A stretch of 64,000 nucleotides of DNA, from contig NC_135809.1 in NCBI RefSeq assembly GCF_964213995.1, positions 91,698,001 through 91,762,000 on the forward strand, read 5' to 3'. The DNA comes from Mustelus asterias. Lineage: Eukaryota. Positions 1-14,234 of the stretch are shown here, piece after piece (within the stretch, counting starts at the first letter, position 1; every line of letters starts with the position of its first letter). A model generated the notes under the pieces. That model had not been told where the DNA came from. It saw only the letters and a program-made list of their open reading frames with translations, and ran no database searches. Made by a program: the position numbers and the translations under genes.

Positions 1-320
1 GGCTTGCAAAATCCTGCTAACTGTCCTGGCTTGAGACAATTCACACCTCTTTAACCTGTGCTTAACCCTCTCTCCACTCATATTGTCTGTACCTGTAAAG
101 ACTTGATTACCTGTAAAGACTCACATTCCAACCATTATCTTGCAATTGTGTCTCTGTCTATATATGTTGTGTTTGTGAATCCAAATCTCCACTCACCTGA
201 GGAAGGAGCAGCACTCCAAAAGCTCATGATTCCAAATAAACCTGTTGGGACTTTAACCTGGTGTTGTGAGACTACTTACTGTGCCCACCCCAGTCAAACG
301 CCAGCATCTCCACATCATAG
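1..320 (+). mobile_element. Penelope-like element terminal (pLTR) fragment
   Basis: Same family as 47400-47728; degenerate hammerhead at ~193-229; ends ccagcatctccacatcat. Confidence 0.75.
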
Positions 321-1688
321 CTACCTTCAACAAGGAATGAATTTTAAATTAATAAATAGATTAAAATATTAAAAAGTACTTTGCAATGTAACTCCAGAGA
401 CAGGCAGCAATTCCTTTGATGTTTTCCTTATAATGATGATGCCTTTTAAAAATAACTTATGAGTTGAATAGGCTTATTCCTAAAAGCAACACAGGACTGA
501 GAGATTCACACTTGGTACTGCCATTGTGCTTTCAATAAATTAGATGTGTTGCTCACCGTTACTTGTTCCACACGTCTTCTGATGAAATCCAAATTCATTT
601 CCCACTGCAATGGCAAGATAAGCCAAGCTCCACAATCTGTATCGAAGTATTTACAAACATTTGTTTTCTCCTACGAGAAATATAGAAAATGGGTACACCT
701 GAAACTTTCAATTGGATAAGGCAGTTTAGTTTCAAGCTTCCGGCTGGTAAAATTTCAGCAATATTAGGACTCATGAAATAAACATAATTTTACTTCAAAT
801 ATGTATGTCATGACCATTCCTTTCCCTGGAACCCAGAGATCTCCAGCTCGCTCATCATCCACGAAATAAAATGTATCCAGGTTTGATTTATTCTTGTTGT
901 TGACTGAACTTGTCGCTATCTGCAATAAAATAATTTCATCATTATTAACACTCCAGGCACAGAGCTTGGATATGAGAGAAAGTCAGCAATTTGGACATGT
1001 GCCCGCAAAGAATTTCCAGACAATTGTGTTTAAGGTTTGTTTATTTGTGCTGCAAGACACGGAGAACGCTTCTTGCACATGCACAGATGCAGTGTTAGTG
1101 CCTGTGACGTTGCTCATAGCACTGAAATGAATAAAATAACCTGCATCAAAGTGGAAAGTCAGAAAAGGAAACCAAACATTGCTCTGGTTTCTCCCCACTC
1201 CCTTTCATGTCCCACCCCCTGCTCCTGCCCATAGCCCATCGCTGCTCCCAATGCTGCTGCTTCTGCAGTCTTTGCGAGCCGGTAAAATAGGTGGAAAATT
1301 GGGTTTGTCCTCTGTTTCTCGATGATGTCCTGCAAGAGGGGGTAGGGGGAGTGATGGTGGGAGTAATCCCAGTAAACTGATCGAGGCACCTGTGCAATGG
1401 TGCCCCTAGAGCTCAGCAGCCATCTTCATAGGCAAGCTGTGGTTCCACCACCCTCCCAATGGCGAGATTCGCATTACAGCTTCTGTATTGCACGGAGTGC
1501 CGTAAATCCCCATTACTTATCCCCGTTCGACACTTAAGAGTTTTTGTTGAAATAATTCCGCCCCATATGTATACATTTTTGAAATTGCTACTTTGAGTGA
1601 TGCATTTAAATACTCTGTGATTGGTTGCCTTAATTGACGCGGCCTCTCACATTTGGAAACACTGCTGTGGCCTGTGTCAACAAAGGGT

Positions 1689-3189
1689 AAGAGTTTTAAC
1701 AACACCAGGTTAAAATCCAACAGGTTTGTTTGGTAGCAAATGCCATTAGATTTCAGAGCACTGCTCCTTCGTCAGATGGAGTGGACATCTGCTCATAAAC
1801 AAGGCATACAGAGACACAAACTCAAGTTACAGAATACTGATTAGAATGCGAATCTTTACAGCTAATCAAGTCTTAAAGATACAGACAATGTGAGTGGAGA
1901 GAGCATTAGGCACAGGTTAAAGAAATGTGTATTGTCCCCAGACAGGACAGCCAGTGAGATTCTGCAGGTCCAGGCAAGCTGTGGGGGTTACCGATAATGT
2001 GACATGAACCCAAGATCCCGCTTGAGGCCATCCTCATGTGTGCGGAACTTGGCTATCAGTTTCTGCTCAGCGACTCTGCGCTGTCATGTGTCGTGAAGGC
2101 CGCCTTGGAGAACGCTTACCCAAAGAACAGAGGCCGAATGCCCATGACCGCTGAAGTGCTCCCCCACAGGAAGAGAACAGTCTTGCCTGGTGATTGTCGA
2201 GCGGTGTTCATTCATCTGTTGTCGTAGCGTCTGCATGGTTTCCCCAATGTACCATGCCTCAGGACATCCTTTCCTGCAGCATATCAGGTAGACAACGTTG
2301 GCCGAGTTGCAAGAGTAGGTACCGTGTACATGGTAGATGGTGTTCTCATGTGAGATGATGGCATCCGTGTCGATGATCTGGCATGTCTTGCAGAGGTTGC
2401 TGTGGCAGGGTTGTGTGGTGTCGTGGTCACTGTTCTCCTGAAGGCTGGGTAGTTTGCTGCGGACAATGGTCTGTTTTGAGGTTGTGCGGTTGTTTGAAGG
2501 CAAGAAGTGGGGGTGTGGGGATGGCCTTGGCGAGATGTTCGTCTTCATCAATGACATGTTGAAGGCTCCGGAGGAGATGCCGTAGCTTCTCCGCTCCGGG
2601 GAAGTACTGGACGACGAACGGTACTCTGTCCACTGTGTCCCATGTTTGTCTTCTGAGGAGGTCGGTGCGGTTTTGCGCTGTGGCGCTTCGGAACTGTCGA
2701 TCGATGAGTCGAGTCATATCACTTCAGCGGTCACGGGCATTTGGCCTCTGATCTTCGGGTAAGCGTTCTCCAAGGCGGCCTTCACAACACACAGCACAGA
2801 GTCGCTGAGCAGAAACTGATAACCAAGTTCTGCACACATGAGGACTGCCTAAACCAGGATCTTGGGTTCATGTCACACTATCGGTAACCCCCACAGCTTG
2901 CCTCCTGGACTTGCAGAATCTCACTGGCTGTCTTGTCTGGAGACAATACACAATTCTTTAACCTGTGCCTAATGCTCCCTGCACTCACATTGTCTGTATC
3001 TTTAAGACCTGATTAGCTGTAAAGATTCGCATTCTAATCAGTATTCTGTAACTTGATTTTGTGTCTCTGTATGCCCTGTTTGAGAGCAGATATCCACTCC
3101 ATCTGACGAAGGAGCAGCGCTCCGAAAGCTAATGGCATTTGCTACCAAATAAACCTGTTGGACTTTAACCTGGTGTTGTTAAAACTCTT
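1689..3189 (-). mobile_element. Penelope-like retroelement with GIY-YIG endonuclease remnant and inverted terminal duplication
   Basis: ORFs 2084..2557(-) and 2427..2717(-) contain CNSANVVYLICC...WYIGET..TLRQQMNEH (GIY-YIG). Segment 2720-3189 is an inverted copy of 1689-2158. Confidence 0.88.
3099..3135 (+). ncRNA. Minimal type I hammerhead ribozyme (Penelope-associated)
   Basis: ccat-CTGACGA-A-GGAGC-agc-GCTCC-GAAA-GCTA-atgg: conserved core, stem II, palindromic AGCT stem III, stem I ccat/atgg. Confidence 0.75.
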
Positions 3190-4888
3190 GCAAAGCAAGT
3201 ACACAGACTGAAATGCACCTTGCAGACCTATTGAATGTTCAATCTGTGGTGTGGAAAATCAAAAATTGTTCATCACAGCTGAGCAAAGCTTACAAAATTC
3301 AATGAGATGAGAGATTCCAATGCAATTGTTATAGTCTTTATTTGATTGTTTTCAGCAATCTTTAAATGGTTTTTGCCTGTTTTGAAATCAAATTGCATAA
3401 CACACAAGTTTTGTCTAAATAAAAAGATAGTTGTATATCTGTGGAAGCAATTTTCCTCACAATTGAATTTGTAACCACATAAGAAAGAGAATGTGGATTT
3501 GATCCCAGGCCATCGATTATAGTACTAAGTCTGCAACAAAACACATTGTAAATAAGCATAAAGGATATGTGGACTTTATTGCAATTTCCCATGTGATAAT
3601 CCCATTACCTGTAATCTTGTTTGATATTGTCCTGTTTTATGGGCTTTCATCTAGGCTTTTCTACATTAAAAAATTACCAGGGTGCAATGGAACCTTCTGA
3701 TAGCCAATAAGTAACAGCTAAATACATCAACAATGTTGGGAAATAGCTAAGATTAAACCACATTTCCTCCTGACTAAAACTATCTAGGTAGAGACAAACA
3801 GCTCTGTAGTGAAGTGGGAATCTTGGTTCTTTCAATTAAAAAATATACTTACTTTCCTCCAGTTCCCCCATTTGCTTTGTGGATAAAGATTGTAGTGCTG
3901 GACTGCACAAATCGTGATTAGTTACATTCTTCTGACTGCAGTGTAGCATCATGAAATGGTTATGACACAAGGCCATTCAGCCCACCCTGTGCTGACTTTC
4001 TGCAAGTCACTTCACCCTTTTCCTTGTAGTTCTACAATTTATTTCTTTTTCAGATAATTATCCAATCCCCTTTTGAAAGTCACAACTGAACCTACCTCCA
4101 TCACACGCTCTGGCAGTGTGTTCCAGATCCCGAACACTTGCTGCCTGTTGCCATTACTACTTTTGCTGGTAACCGTAAATCTGTGGCCTCTTGTTCCCAA
4201 TCCTCTTGTCAGAGGAACAGTTTCTCCTTCTCTCCTGTCCAGACTCTCTATCGAATCTCCTCTCACTCACTCATTTGTTCTCCAAAGGTTAGGTGGATTG
4301 GCTATGCTAAGTTGCCCTTCATGTCCAAAAACGTGTAGATTAGGTGGACTAGCCATGGTAAATGTGTGGGGTTATGGGGATAGGGTGGAGGGGAGGGCCT
4401 GGGTGGGATGCTTGTTTGGAGAGTCAGTGCAGATTCTTTGGGCTAGATGGCTCCTCTGCACTGTAGGGATTCTATATGGAACAACTTAGCCACTTACAGG
4501 TTGATGTGACACTATTCACAAGCTTAAATTCAACATTATTTGTAAATCTATTTTTAGAAAATATCTAAATCTTGGTAATTTGGAATACTTTTATGGTTGG
4601 TTCGCTTTATTTCTCTCTCAAAGATAGTAATTTATTTTATTAAGGGGAATAATCGGCTTCCAGTACCTCATCCAAGTAGTGGCCATTCAACTTGTGTGAA
4701 CCTAGATAATTTGTTTATTAAATCAAAGAGGGCATCAGAGTTAACCCCAATCTTATGATGTCTGTGTAATTGACCACTTTCAAATCCATTTATTTTAAAC
4801 TATATGTTGATTGACATTGTTACTGTGGAATTGCTATAATTAATCTGGAACTTTTAAAGTCTAAATGGCTTTTTCTCCTTTTTTTCAG

Positions 4889-5060
4889 TATCCAAGACAT
4901 CGGAATCCTCTTCAATATCATCATCATCTTCCTAATGTTTTTCAACACATTCATCTTTCAAGCTGGCTTAGTCAAACTGCTAATTCATAGGTTTACAGGA
5001 ACCATTATTGTCACTGGTATTTACTTTGTCCTGAGTGTCAGCTTTCATGTCTGGATTCAG
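4889..5060 (+). CDS. TMEM138: TMEM138 internal coding exon (172 nt)
   Basis: tttttcag|T ATC CAA GAC...TGG ATT CAG|gtatgc. Confidence 0.93.
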
Positions 5061-8000
5061 GTATGCAAGCTTTAAACAAAGGAAGATATTGCATTTGAGT
5101 GAATAATACTTGCAAGTTATTTGTTGCATGTAAAATTTGAGACCTGATGAAGTGCTTTACCAATGCAATCTTCCAGTTTTTTCTTGGAGGGGGAAAATCC
5201 ATAATTGTATCTTTCTAGTTGAAGTAGAATAGGAAAATAAGTCTTTAATTCAAGACAGAAAACATTGGAAATACATGAGTAAGTCAACATCTGAAAGGAA
5301 TCAAAGACTCATTAGCTGATCTCAGCCATGGTGGTCCTGCTGTTGCCTTCCACGCCCTTGACAGGAAGATTAGCCAGGTATTTAATAACCTCTCCAAGAC
5401 ACCTGCTTGTGTGGAAGCCTGGTCAGCCATTGATATGCTGTGCTTCAATCGACTCCAACATGCTTTCTGGGCAGATACAAGAGTCAGTACTATCAGAAGG
5501 GAAAATGAAACAATCATTTTCCTGACATTTGTCTGAGGGAGTAAAATATAACCTCCACCTGTTCCTATTCCAATCTCATTTACCCACAATAAGGGGCAAG
5601 TAACCAACCTTTTCTCATTCCATTTATTGCTGGCTGAAAGCTGTTTGAAAACAAATACTTATTATTTTGTAGCTGAGAGAGATTGCATCAAGATACCGCA
5701 GCTATCCATCTTTGGCCTGCTGCAATGCTCCAATGAAGCCCAATGCAAGCTGGAAGAGCAGCATCTTATCTTCCAATTAAGCACTTTACAGCCCTCAGAA
5801 CTCAACATTGAGTTCAATAATTTTTAGATTGCAACCTTTCTCCTCCACCTTGAACCCTTTTTAAAAAATATCTTATACATTTTAATGCCTTAATGCAATA
5901 CCGAAACTCCCGTCCACCACCCCCCAAATCATACCAGGTCATCTCTCTCTTGTTCTCAAAGTCGTTACATCCAGTTGCAAACTCTCAGCTACCGACAGCT
6001 TTCTCCTCGCGAGCTAGTTGCATCTTTACTGGAACACCACTGATAGCAGCTACTTTAGCATTGGTTTTGGGTTCAGAACTGTTTTGAGTTGTTTTAGGTC
6101 AGCTATTCATTAAATTATAGAGAACCTACATATTTATATTGAGAAACTGAGATGGTGCAGGACACTACCAATGTTGGAAAAAATGTGACAGACGATGAGG
6201 TAAATTACAAAAGTGATTAGCTGTCAGCATACTTTGGTTTTAAATATTTTTAGATTATAAGAAGAAAGGAAGATTAAGGAGTTTCACAATGTTGAACTCC
6301 AGGTAAAAATGAGAATTAATGCAACACATCCTCATTTCAACATGATGTAACCATAATAGTATCAATAAATGGATCAAAACAATGCACCACACAATGCAAG
6401 GTATAAATGCTTGGGTTGTTTTTAAATGATTTAAAATCTGAGGAATCTTTTTGTGTAGTGACTTGATAGTTCACTGAGATTTGTCCTGAGGGTTCGAATG
6501 TTTGAGATTCCTTTGCAGCTAGTGATTCTATAGAAACTCTTGCTGTTAAGTCGGGCAGATTAAAGAAGATGACATGCATTTCAGATGGAATTTTAAATGA
6601 TGCTACTTTGCACAGAGACAACCCTAGGGAGGTGTGATGTGCATAGAATCGTAGATAAATCAGGAAAGTATAACTAAAGGAGGCACGGTGGCACAGTGGT
6701 TAGCACTGCTGTCTCACCGCGCCAGGGACTTGGGTTCAATTCCAGCCTCGGGTCACTGAGTGGAGTTTACATGTTCTCCCGCGTGGGTTTCCTCCGGGTG
6801 TTCCAGTTTCCTCCCACACTCCAAAGATGTGTGGGTTAGGTTGATTGGCCATGGTAAATTGTCCCATACTGGCAGGGTAAATATGTAGGGTTATGGGGAT
6901 TGGGCCTGGGTGGAATTGTAGTTGGTGCAGACTCGATGGGCCAAATGGCCGCCTCCTGCACTGTAGGATTCTATGACTCAGCCCATTGAGTCAACACTGA
7001 CCCTTTCAAAGAGCAATTCAATTAGTTCCATTCCCCCCCTCCCCCTTCCCTGCTCTCTCTCCCATGTTTCTGCAACTTTTCTCTTTCAGACATTTTTCAA
7101 ATTCCCTTTTGAAGGATACTGTTGAATCTACCCCCACCACCCTAAGGGAGTGGGAAGAGGAAATATGTATTGAGAAGCAGAGGGGCCATGTTTCATAAAG
7201 GGGGGAGACAAAGGCTAAGAGGGGAATTAGGAGACACTAACAATTAGAATGGATAAGGGAGAATGAGAAAAAGATAGAAACGTCCATTTATAAAGCATCT
7301 TTTGTGAGCATAGGACATCAAAAATCACTTTCCAGCCAATGAAGTATTTTAAAGTGTTGTAATGTTGGAAACATCACGAGTTAAGCATGGATCCAGTTTT
7401 TAGGAACAAGGGAAGCCGAAAGAAAAGGAGTATTGTTTACATCTCATCCATCAGAATCCTTTTTATCCCTAACATTACTTGAGTAACTTGATGATCTTTC
7501 TTTTATTCTAACTGTAAAGAAATATGAAATTTAGTTTTAACCTATCCTCATTGATTTAATAAGTTTTCATACTTTTTGAGCAAGATCCAAGAGCATGGTG
7601 GACATCCACACGACCTCAATTTGACAGTATTATAATGAAAAGATAATTAACCTTGGTCATGTAGTTTTAGACGTGCCATGAAGAAGGTGAAAGCTGCAGT
7701 TCACAGGAAACGTAATTTGCTTTGAATGAGAGTTGCAGTGTTGGGAGGAAGCTTGAGCAGTAGCAGCTGCATTGGGGCTCTGTTTGAGCATCGCAGATGT
7801 TGACGATGCTCATGTTTACTGGTGTGAATGTGTTGAGAAGGTCAAGGGGATTTAGCTTGCTTATACTGGTAATCTTATTAGGTGATACGTATGTGTTATG
7901 TTAAAAGCATTACTAAATCTGTTTGCAAGTTGTTGAAAATATCTATGGGAATTGCTAGAAATAGTTTCCCTCAGCTGCTTAATCGTATTCACCTTTCATG

Positions 8001-11000
8001 TTCACTCTCATTCCTATTTATGTCAGAATCTGCGGTGGTGGGATATGCGCAGGTACGTGTGGACAGCTGGACTTCAAGCACTTTTCGTCTTCCAACGATT
8101 TGGTAAGTGAGCTGTTGGTAACTATTCTAATATTTCAAGATTGCCTATATTTTTAAGCAATCGTTTGTTGTAGGTACTGACTTTTGTGGAGGTAAGAATC
8201 TTTCAACACTGGTCAGACGTGACCATTCTTCATAAACAAATCCAGACAATGACTTTCAATAAGACACTTAACAGCAGGTGTATTGAAGTGGAATATGATC
8301 CTGTTCTTACAAAGTACATATACACACACCTTTTCAACACGGGACGTTGTCTAACAACCAGGATCAAGAAACCTGGCTCCTTAGCTGAGGCCCCATCCTG
8401 GTACACCTAAATTTGACATAAACTGTGGTTTAATTCTGAGTTCTTCTGTACAGTTCAATTCTATATCAGGTTCTTGGAAACAATTGGAGAGGAAAGGAAA
8501 AGACTGTGCACCAATTCATTTGAGGCATGGAAGGGGTGAAGTATGGTGTTAATCCCTTGACCCTGCCTATTTGTCTCAGTTCACTGCTTCTCCATCCAAC
8601 CTGCCCACATTACATATACTTGGAATATTTGATTTATAATCTTTACTTGAAAAGATGTTTGCGTTAGGGAGAAGGAAAATGCTTCAGCAGTTACAATTGT
8701 TGTGCTTGCAAGACGAGTAAGGACTTTAAAAAAAATATTATTTGTTCGTTGAATGTGGGTGTTGTTGGCCAGGCCAGTATTTATTGTCCATCTCGATTCC
8801 CTTGAGAAGGGGATGGTGAGCTACCTTCTTGAACCACTGCAGTCTGTATGCTGGAGGAACACCTGCAGTGCTGCTAAGGAAGGATGTACCAGGATTTTGA
8901 CTGGAAAGAATGGCGATATATTTCCCAAGTTAGGTTGGTGTAAGACTTGGAGGCGTACTTGCAGGTGGTGGGTGTTCCCATACATCTACTCTTGTCCTTC
9001 TAGGTGGTAGAGGTTACAGGTTTGGAAAAGTGCTGTTGAAGACATCTCGGTGAGTTGCTACAGTGCATCTTGTAGATGGTACTCACTGCTGTCACTGTGT
9101 GTCAGTGGTGGAGGGAGCGAATGTTTAAGTTGGCGGATGGGGGTCCCAATAATACAAGCTGGTTTGTTCTGGATAGTATCATGTGTGTGTATATATATAT
9201 AGTAAGTGAAGAGTATTCCATCACACTCCTGACTTGAGACTTGTAGATGGTAGTTGGGAGATGAGGTACTCTTCTCCAAATTTCCAGTCTCAGACCTGCT
9301 GTTGTAGCCACAGTATTTATATGGCTAGTCCGGTTCAGTTTCTGGTCAATGGAAGCCCTCGGGATATTGATAGTGTGGGATTCAGCATTACTAATGCCAT
9401 TGAATGTCATAGGGAGATGGCTGGTTTCTCTCTCGTTATTGTCCGGTACTTCTGTGGCATGAATATTACCTGCTACTTAATCAACCCAAGCCTGGGTATT
9501 GTCCAAGTCTTGCTGCATTCAGTCAGTGGTTCAGTATCTGAGGAGTCACAAATGGTGCTGAACATTGTGCAATTATCCATGAACAGCCCCACTTTTGACC
9601 TTATAGAATCCCTACAGAGCAGGAGGCCATTCAGCCCGTCAAGTCTATGATTCCCTCCATTGTGATGGAGGGAAAGTCATTGGTGTAACAGCTGAAGATG
9701 GTTCGACTGAGGACACTATTCTGAGGAACTCCTGCTGTGATGTCCCAGGACTGAGATGATTGACCTCCAACAACTACATCTATTTTCCTTTGTGCTAGGT
9801 ATGACTCCAAACAATGGAGAATTTCCCCCAATTCCCATTGACTTCAATTTTGTTAGGGTTCCTTGATGCCATACTCAGTCATAGAGTCATAGAGGTTTAC
9901 AGCATGGAAACAGGCCCTTCAGTCCAACTTGTTCATGCCACTCCTTTTTTTAAAACCATTAAGCTAGTCCCAATTACCCACATTTGGCCCATATCCCTCT
10001 ATACCCATCTTACCCATGTAACTGTCTAAACGCTTTTTAAAAGACAAAATTGTACCCGCCTCTACTACTACCTTTGGCAGCTTGTTCCAGACAATCACCA
10101 GTCTCTGTGTGAAAAAATTGCACCTCTGGACCCTTTTGTATCTCTCCCCTCTCGCCTTAAACCTATGCCTTCTAGTTTTAGACTCCCCGACCTTTGGGAA
10201 AAGATATTGACCATCTAGCTGATTTATGCCCCTCATTATTTTATAGCCGTCTATAAGTTCACCCCTCAGCCTCCTATGCTCCAGAGAAAAAAGTCCCAGT
10301 CTATCCAGCCTCTCCTTATAACTCAATCCATCAAGTCCTGGTAGCATCCTCGTAAATATTTTCTGCACTCTTTCAAGTTTAATAATATCCTTTCTATAAT
10401 AGGGTGACCAGAACTGTACACAGTATTCCAAGTGTGGCCTTACCAACATCTTGTCAACAAGATGTCCCAACTCTTGTAATCAATGTTCTGACCAATGAAA
10501 CCAAGCATGCTGGATGCCTTCTTCACCACTCTGTCCATCTGTGACTCCACTTTTTAAGGAGCTATGAACCTGTACCCCTAGATCTCTTTGTTCTATAACT
10601 CTCCCCAACGCCCTACCATTAACTGAGTAAGTCCTGCCTTGGTTCGATCTACCAAAATGCATCACCTCGCATTTATCTAAATGAAATTCCATCTGCCATT
10701 CATTGCCATTCAACTGGCCCAATTGATCAAGAACCCGTTGCAATCCTAGATAATCTTCACTGTCCACAATGCCACCAATCTTGGTGTAATCTGCAAACCT
10801 ACTAACCATGCCTCCTAAATTCTCATTTAATATAAAGGATGAATAACAGTGGACCCAGCACCAATCTCTGAGGCACACTGCTGGTCACAGGCCTCCAGTT
10901 TGAAAAACAACCCTCGACAACCACCTTCTGTCTTCTGTCATCCAGCCAATTTTGTATCCATTTGGCTACCTCACCCTTGATCCTGTGAGATTTAACCTTA

Positions 11001-12085
11001 TGCAACAACCTACTATGTGGTACCTTGTCAAAGGCCTTGCTAAAGTCCACGTAGACAACATCAACTGCACTGCCCTCAACTACCTTCGGTCGGTCAAATG
11101 CTGGCTTGATGTTGAGGGCAGTCACTCTCACCTTACCTCTGGAGTTCAGCTCTTTTGTTTGTGTGTGGACCAAAGTTGTAAGGAGGCCAGAATCACAGAA
11201 TTGCTATGGTACAGAAGGAAGCCATTTGGCCAATCATGTGTGCACCAGGTTTCCAAAAGAGCATCATGACTTAGTGCCATTCCGTTGTCTTTTCCCTATA
11301 CCCTGCACATTGTTTCTATTCAAATAATCATCAAATGGCCTCTTGAATGCCTTGATTGAATCTGCTTCCACCACACTTCCAACAGTTGGCCTATACACAG
11401 CAAATTCCCAAAAGGACATGATTAACAGTGATTGGTCGAAGGTTTGAAATCCTATCATAATACATTGTCACTAATGACACAATCTATCGAAGTACATGTA
11501 TTACTTCCACTCTGTCTGCCCTGATATTTCTTTCCTCTACTCAAAAGTCTGACTCCTGCTTTGGTACAGTTTTTTAAAAAAGCACCAAGCATCCTCCAGT
11601 ACCACCTCATAGTAGTCTTGAGTCTGGACAGTGAGTATTTCAAATTCTTTGACTTTGGAAGACACCATTGCTGAACATGAATTTGGTCCTGCCCTTTGCA
11701 CTTTGTAACAACAATCGGCATTGATTCGGCCTAAGCACTTCCATGCTAAGTGGAGAGTGTGTTGAGGCTATGTGCAGTAGCCTGATGAATTAACTTGGCG
11801 TGGATCAGGAACTGAACCTGGGGCTTCCTGGTATGTAAAATTGTGTTATACATGGTCTGAGAAAAACTTTTGATTTGTTTCTACAGATGTCTTGAGCCTG
11901 TTACTGTAGAAAGTTTCAGATTATAATTCCATCAAGCACTGACCTGAAACTTTTGATTTTACCACTCTCTAGGTGCTGTTTTATACTATTACTTCTACAA
12001 AAGAACTATCCTCTGCCTTGGAGACCCTCGATTATATGAAGACTCAGAATGGCTTCGAAATGAATTCTTTCGTGTCCGAAAATAA
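4889..12085 (+). CDS. TMEM138: Transmembrane protein 138 (ciliary/Joubert gene), 5'-partial; join(4889..5060,8027..8102,11973..12085)
   Basis: Spliced translation [119 protein letters not shown] closely matches vertebrate TMEM138. Boundaries are canonical AG/GT with compatible phases (172/76/113 nt). First coding exon not found in the window. Confidence 0.95.
5690..5830 (+). mobile_element. Penelope-like GIY-YIG C-terminal remnant (second family)
   Basis: Translation [26 protein letters not shown] resembles the PLE endonuclease C-terminus. Confidence 0.6.
6680..6975 (+). mobile_element. tRNA-derived HE1/V-SINE-like element
   Basis: ggcacggtggcacagtggttagcactgct..gggttcaattcc (A/B boxes); tail tgcactgtaggattctatg. 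Other copies at ~14712-15040(-), 17068-17410(+), 25186-25482(-) and 57958-58270(+). Confidence 0.8.
8027..8102 (+). CDS. TMEM138: TMEM138 internal coding exon (76 nt)
   Basis: tgtcag|AAT CTG CGG TGG...CGA TTT G|gtaagt. Confidence 0.93.
8740..11190 (-). mobile_element. Nested LINEs: CR1-like family B interrupted by another CR1 (~9880-11085)
   Basis: RT remnants in ORFs 9102..9410, 9631..9831, 9964..10470, 10480..10878 and 10823..11173; the inner element's tail is catagagtcatagag. Confidence 0.8.
11973..12085 (+). CDS. TMEM138: TMEM138 last coding exon
   Basis: ctctctag|GT GCT GTT TTA TAC...CGA AAA TAA. Confidence 0.93.
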
Positions 12086-13842
12086 AATGACGGTGTGACA
12101 AATGCAGTGATGCATAACACTAAAAACTGACTGTTACACTTTTTTATCTGAGTAAAAAGATGCTTCTAAATTTGTATGAATTTTCTAGCTATATTTTTGA
12201 AAAAATATACTTTGGGAACTGCTGTACACTAATGTGCATATTGTTTCTGAACTCTAGTAGTAAGAGTTGGAAATTCTGAGTACTTCACTGCTAAATCATG
12301 CGGTTGCCATTAGTTGTTTATGTCAAATGGGTATTAATTTTGCTGCAATCTTACCAAACGGACTGATTTTCTTTACAAAAGCAAAATACTGTGGATGCTG
12401 CAAATCTAAAACAACAGAAAATACTCAGGAGGTCTGGCAGCATCTCTGGAGACAGAAACAGACTTAATGTTTCAGATCACTGACTCAGAACTCAGTCAAT
12501 TAAACTTTTTTAATGTGCAAATTTTGTTGACAGTTTTTTCCCCCTTTTGTACTACTTGTCCCTGAAGACACTTCCTCTTTCTGGGGTACAATTCTGTGGC
12601 AGTGGTATATGGGCTTTTTTGAGAGATCGAGGTTACTGAATGTCAGCATTGTTTGGCTATTGAGGGTATCATTGTACATGTTGTTTGTGTCTTCACCCCA
12701 AGGTTTTTACATTTACTTATTAGGGTACTTACTAATGACATCCCTTGATGCCCACACGTTTACTTTTCAACAGCAGTTCTAAATAGTGATCAGGAGGGGA
12801 ACATAGACCTTTCTATTTCCATAGACCAATGATAGCAGTCTATAATGAAATAACTCAGTATAAATGGAGTTTACCCTGCAGCTAGACTTGTCTAGCTTAA
12901 TGCTGCACTGTGTGGTGAAGGTCGAGGTGTTTGTCTTTTAATTAGTGTTTAAATGTATTAATACCCAGTAAGTGTTCAAAATGAATAGACACTAATTATG
13001 ATCATTGTAAAGCTTCAATACTGCTCAAAATTTCCCACTAATTGTCAATGCTTTTGCTAATTGGTAAACTGTACAGTATTGCCTGAGGGAAAGGGGAAAT
13101 AATATAGTTACTCAACCCAACTCTTTTTTAAAAAAAAAAACTTCATTTGGGACATAAAGATATGATGAGTATATACCTACCAATTCTCCTACATGATTTT
13201 TAAGTATTAGGAGGGCCATTTTTAAAGGAGTCTGGGAGGAAATAACACATGCATTTTGTAAGATATCCCACAGGAAGAGCAGCCAATGAATGGGGAGGCA
13301 CTGCACACACTATTGATTCAGTACTGGCTTAATGAGTTCTACTTTTGGAGTGTGTTTCCACCAGCAATCTGACAAGAAAGGCGAGGTACCAAAGATCCAT
13401 TTATGGGACAAAGAAGGCCAAGTCTCTGAATTAGCAGAGTAATCTGCAATTGTTTTGAGTTTTTACTGTTTTCATTGTATTTATGTACTTAGAATTTTTA
13501 AAAATATTTTTACTTTTTTAAAATCATCATGAAAGAAGTGATACTTGGATTTGCTCAAATGTACAATTCCAATTCTGACTTTGTTTTATAATTGAAAAGG
13601 ATATTTTGTAGTAATAAATTATATCCATACTTAATTGCCATTCTTCTATTAGAACACGCGTGGCTATTTTATGTAATCTTGTCAGTGACTTTGCACTTTG
13701 AAAACTTTTCTAATAGATTTTTTTTCCAGAAAATGTGTGTAAAATGGTTGTTTTTCTATTGCCTATGTAAAGGAAACGTTCAAAAGTTTTATGTGGTGTC
13801 AGTGTAGTGAATTTTCTGTTCAGCTTTTTATTTATCCAGTCC

Positions 13843-13848
13843 AATAAA
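13843..13848 (+). terminator. Candidate TMEM138 polyadenylation signal
   Basis: AATAAA followed by a U/GU-rich tract (ttgttctctcgttcgtattctgtct). Another AATAAA lies at 13613-13618. Confidence 0.4.
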
Positions 13849-14234
13849 TGAGACATTGTTCTCTCGTTCGTATTCTGTCTCATTTCATTGGCAGATTTAA
13901 TCATTACAGTTTGGGCTTTTTAAATAATGACAGAAGACCAAAGTACACTTCTCCAAGTGAGCTTCAATCTGAGAATGTATATTTTAGGTTGCTTGACTGA
14001 GGATTTGTTGCCCTAATGCTGCACACTGGAATCTGAAGTTCTCATTTAATATCTTGTCTGGAAAGGGGCCAATATCAAACATTAGATCTTAAATTAAAAC
14101 AATTGCTTTAATTTATTTATAATTAGATGATTTACAGAAGGAAATATATTAAGCAAATGCAAGTTTAAGCAAATGCAAGTTACAGCAAAAGGATCTGGAA
14201 GTAGTCCACAAAGGACTTAATCCCATAAATTTGT

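Noticed and set aside
1-4888. First coding exon of TMEM138
   Set aside because: No MLQT..Y.LVL-like frame was found by eye; it presumably lies upstream of the window.
6680-6750. tRNA genes at SINE heads (also 26413, 38980, 57958)
   Set aside because: The A/B boxes continue into SINE bodies and no complete cloverleaf is evident.
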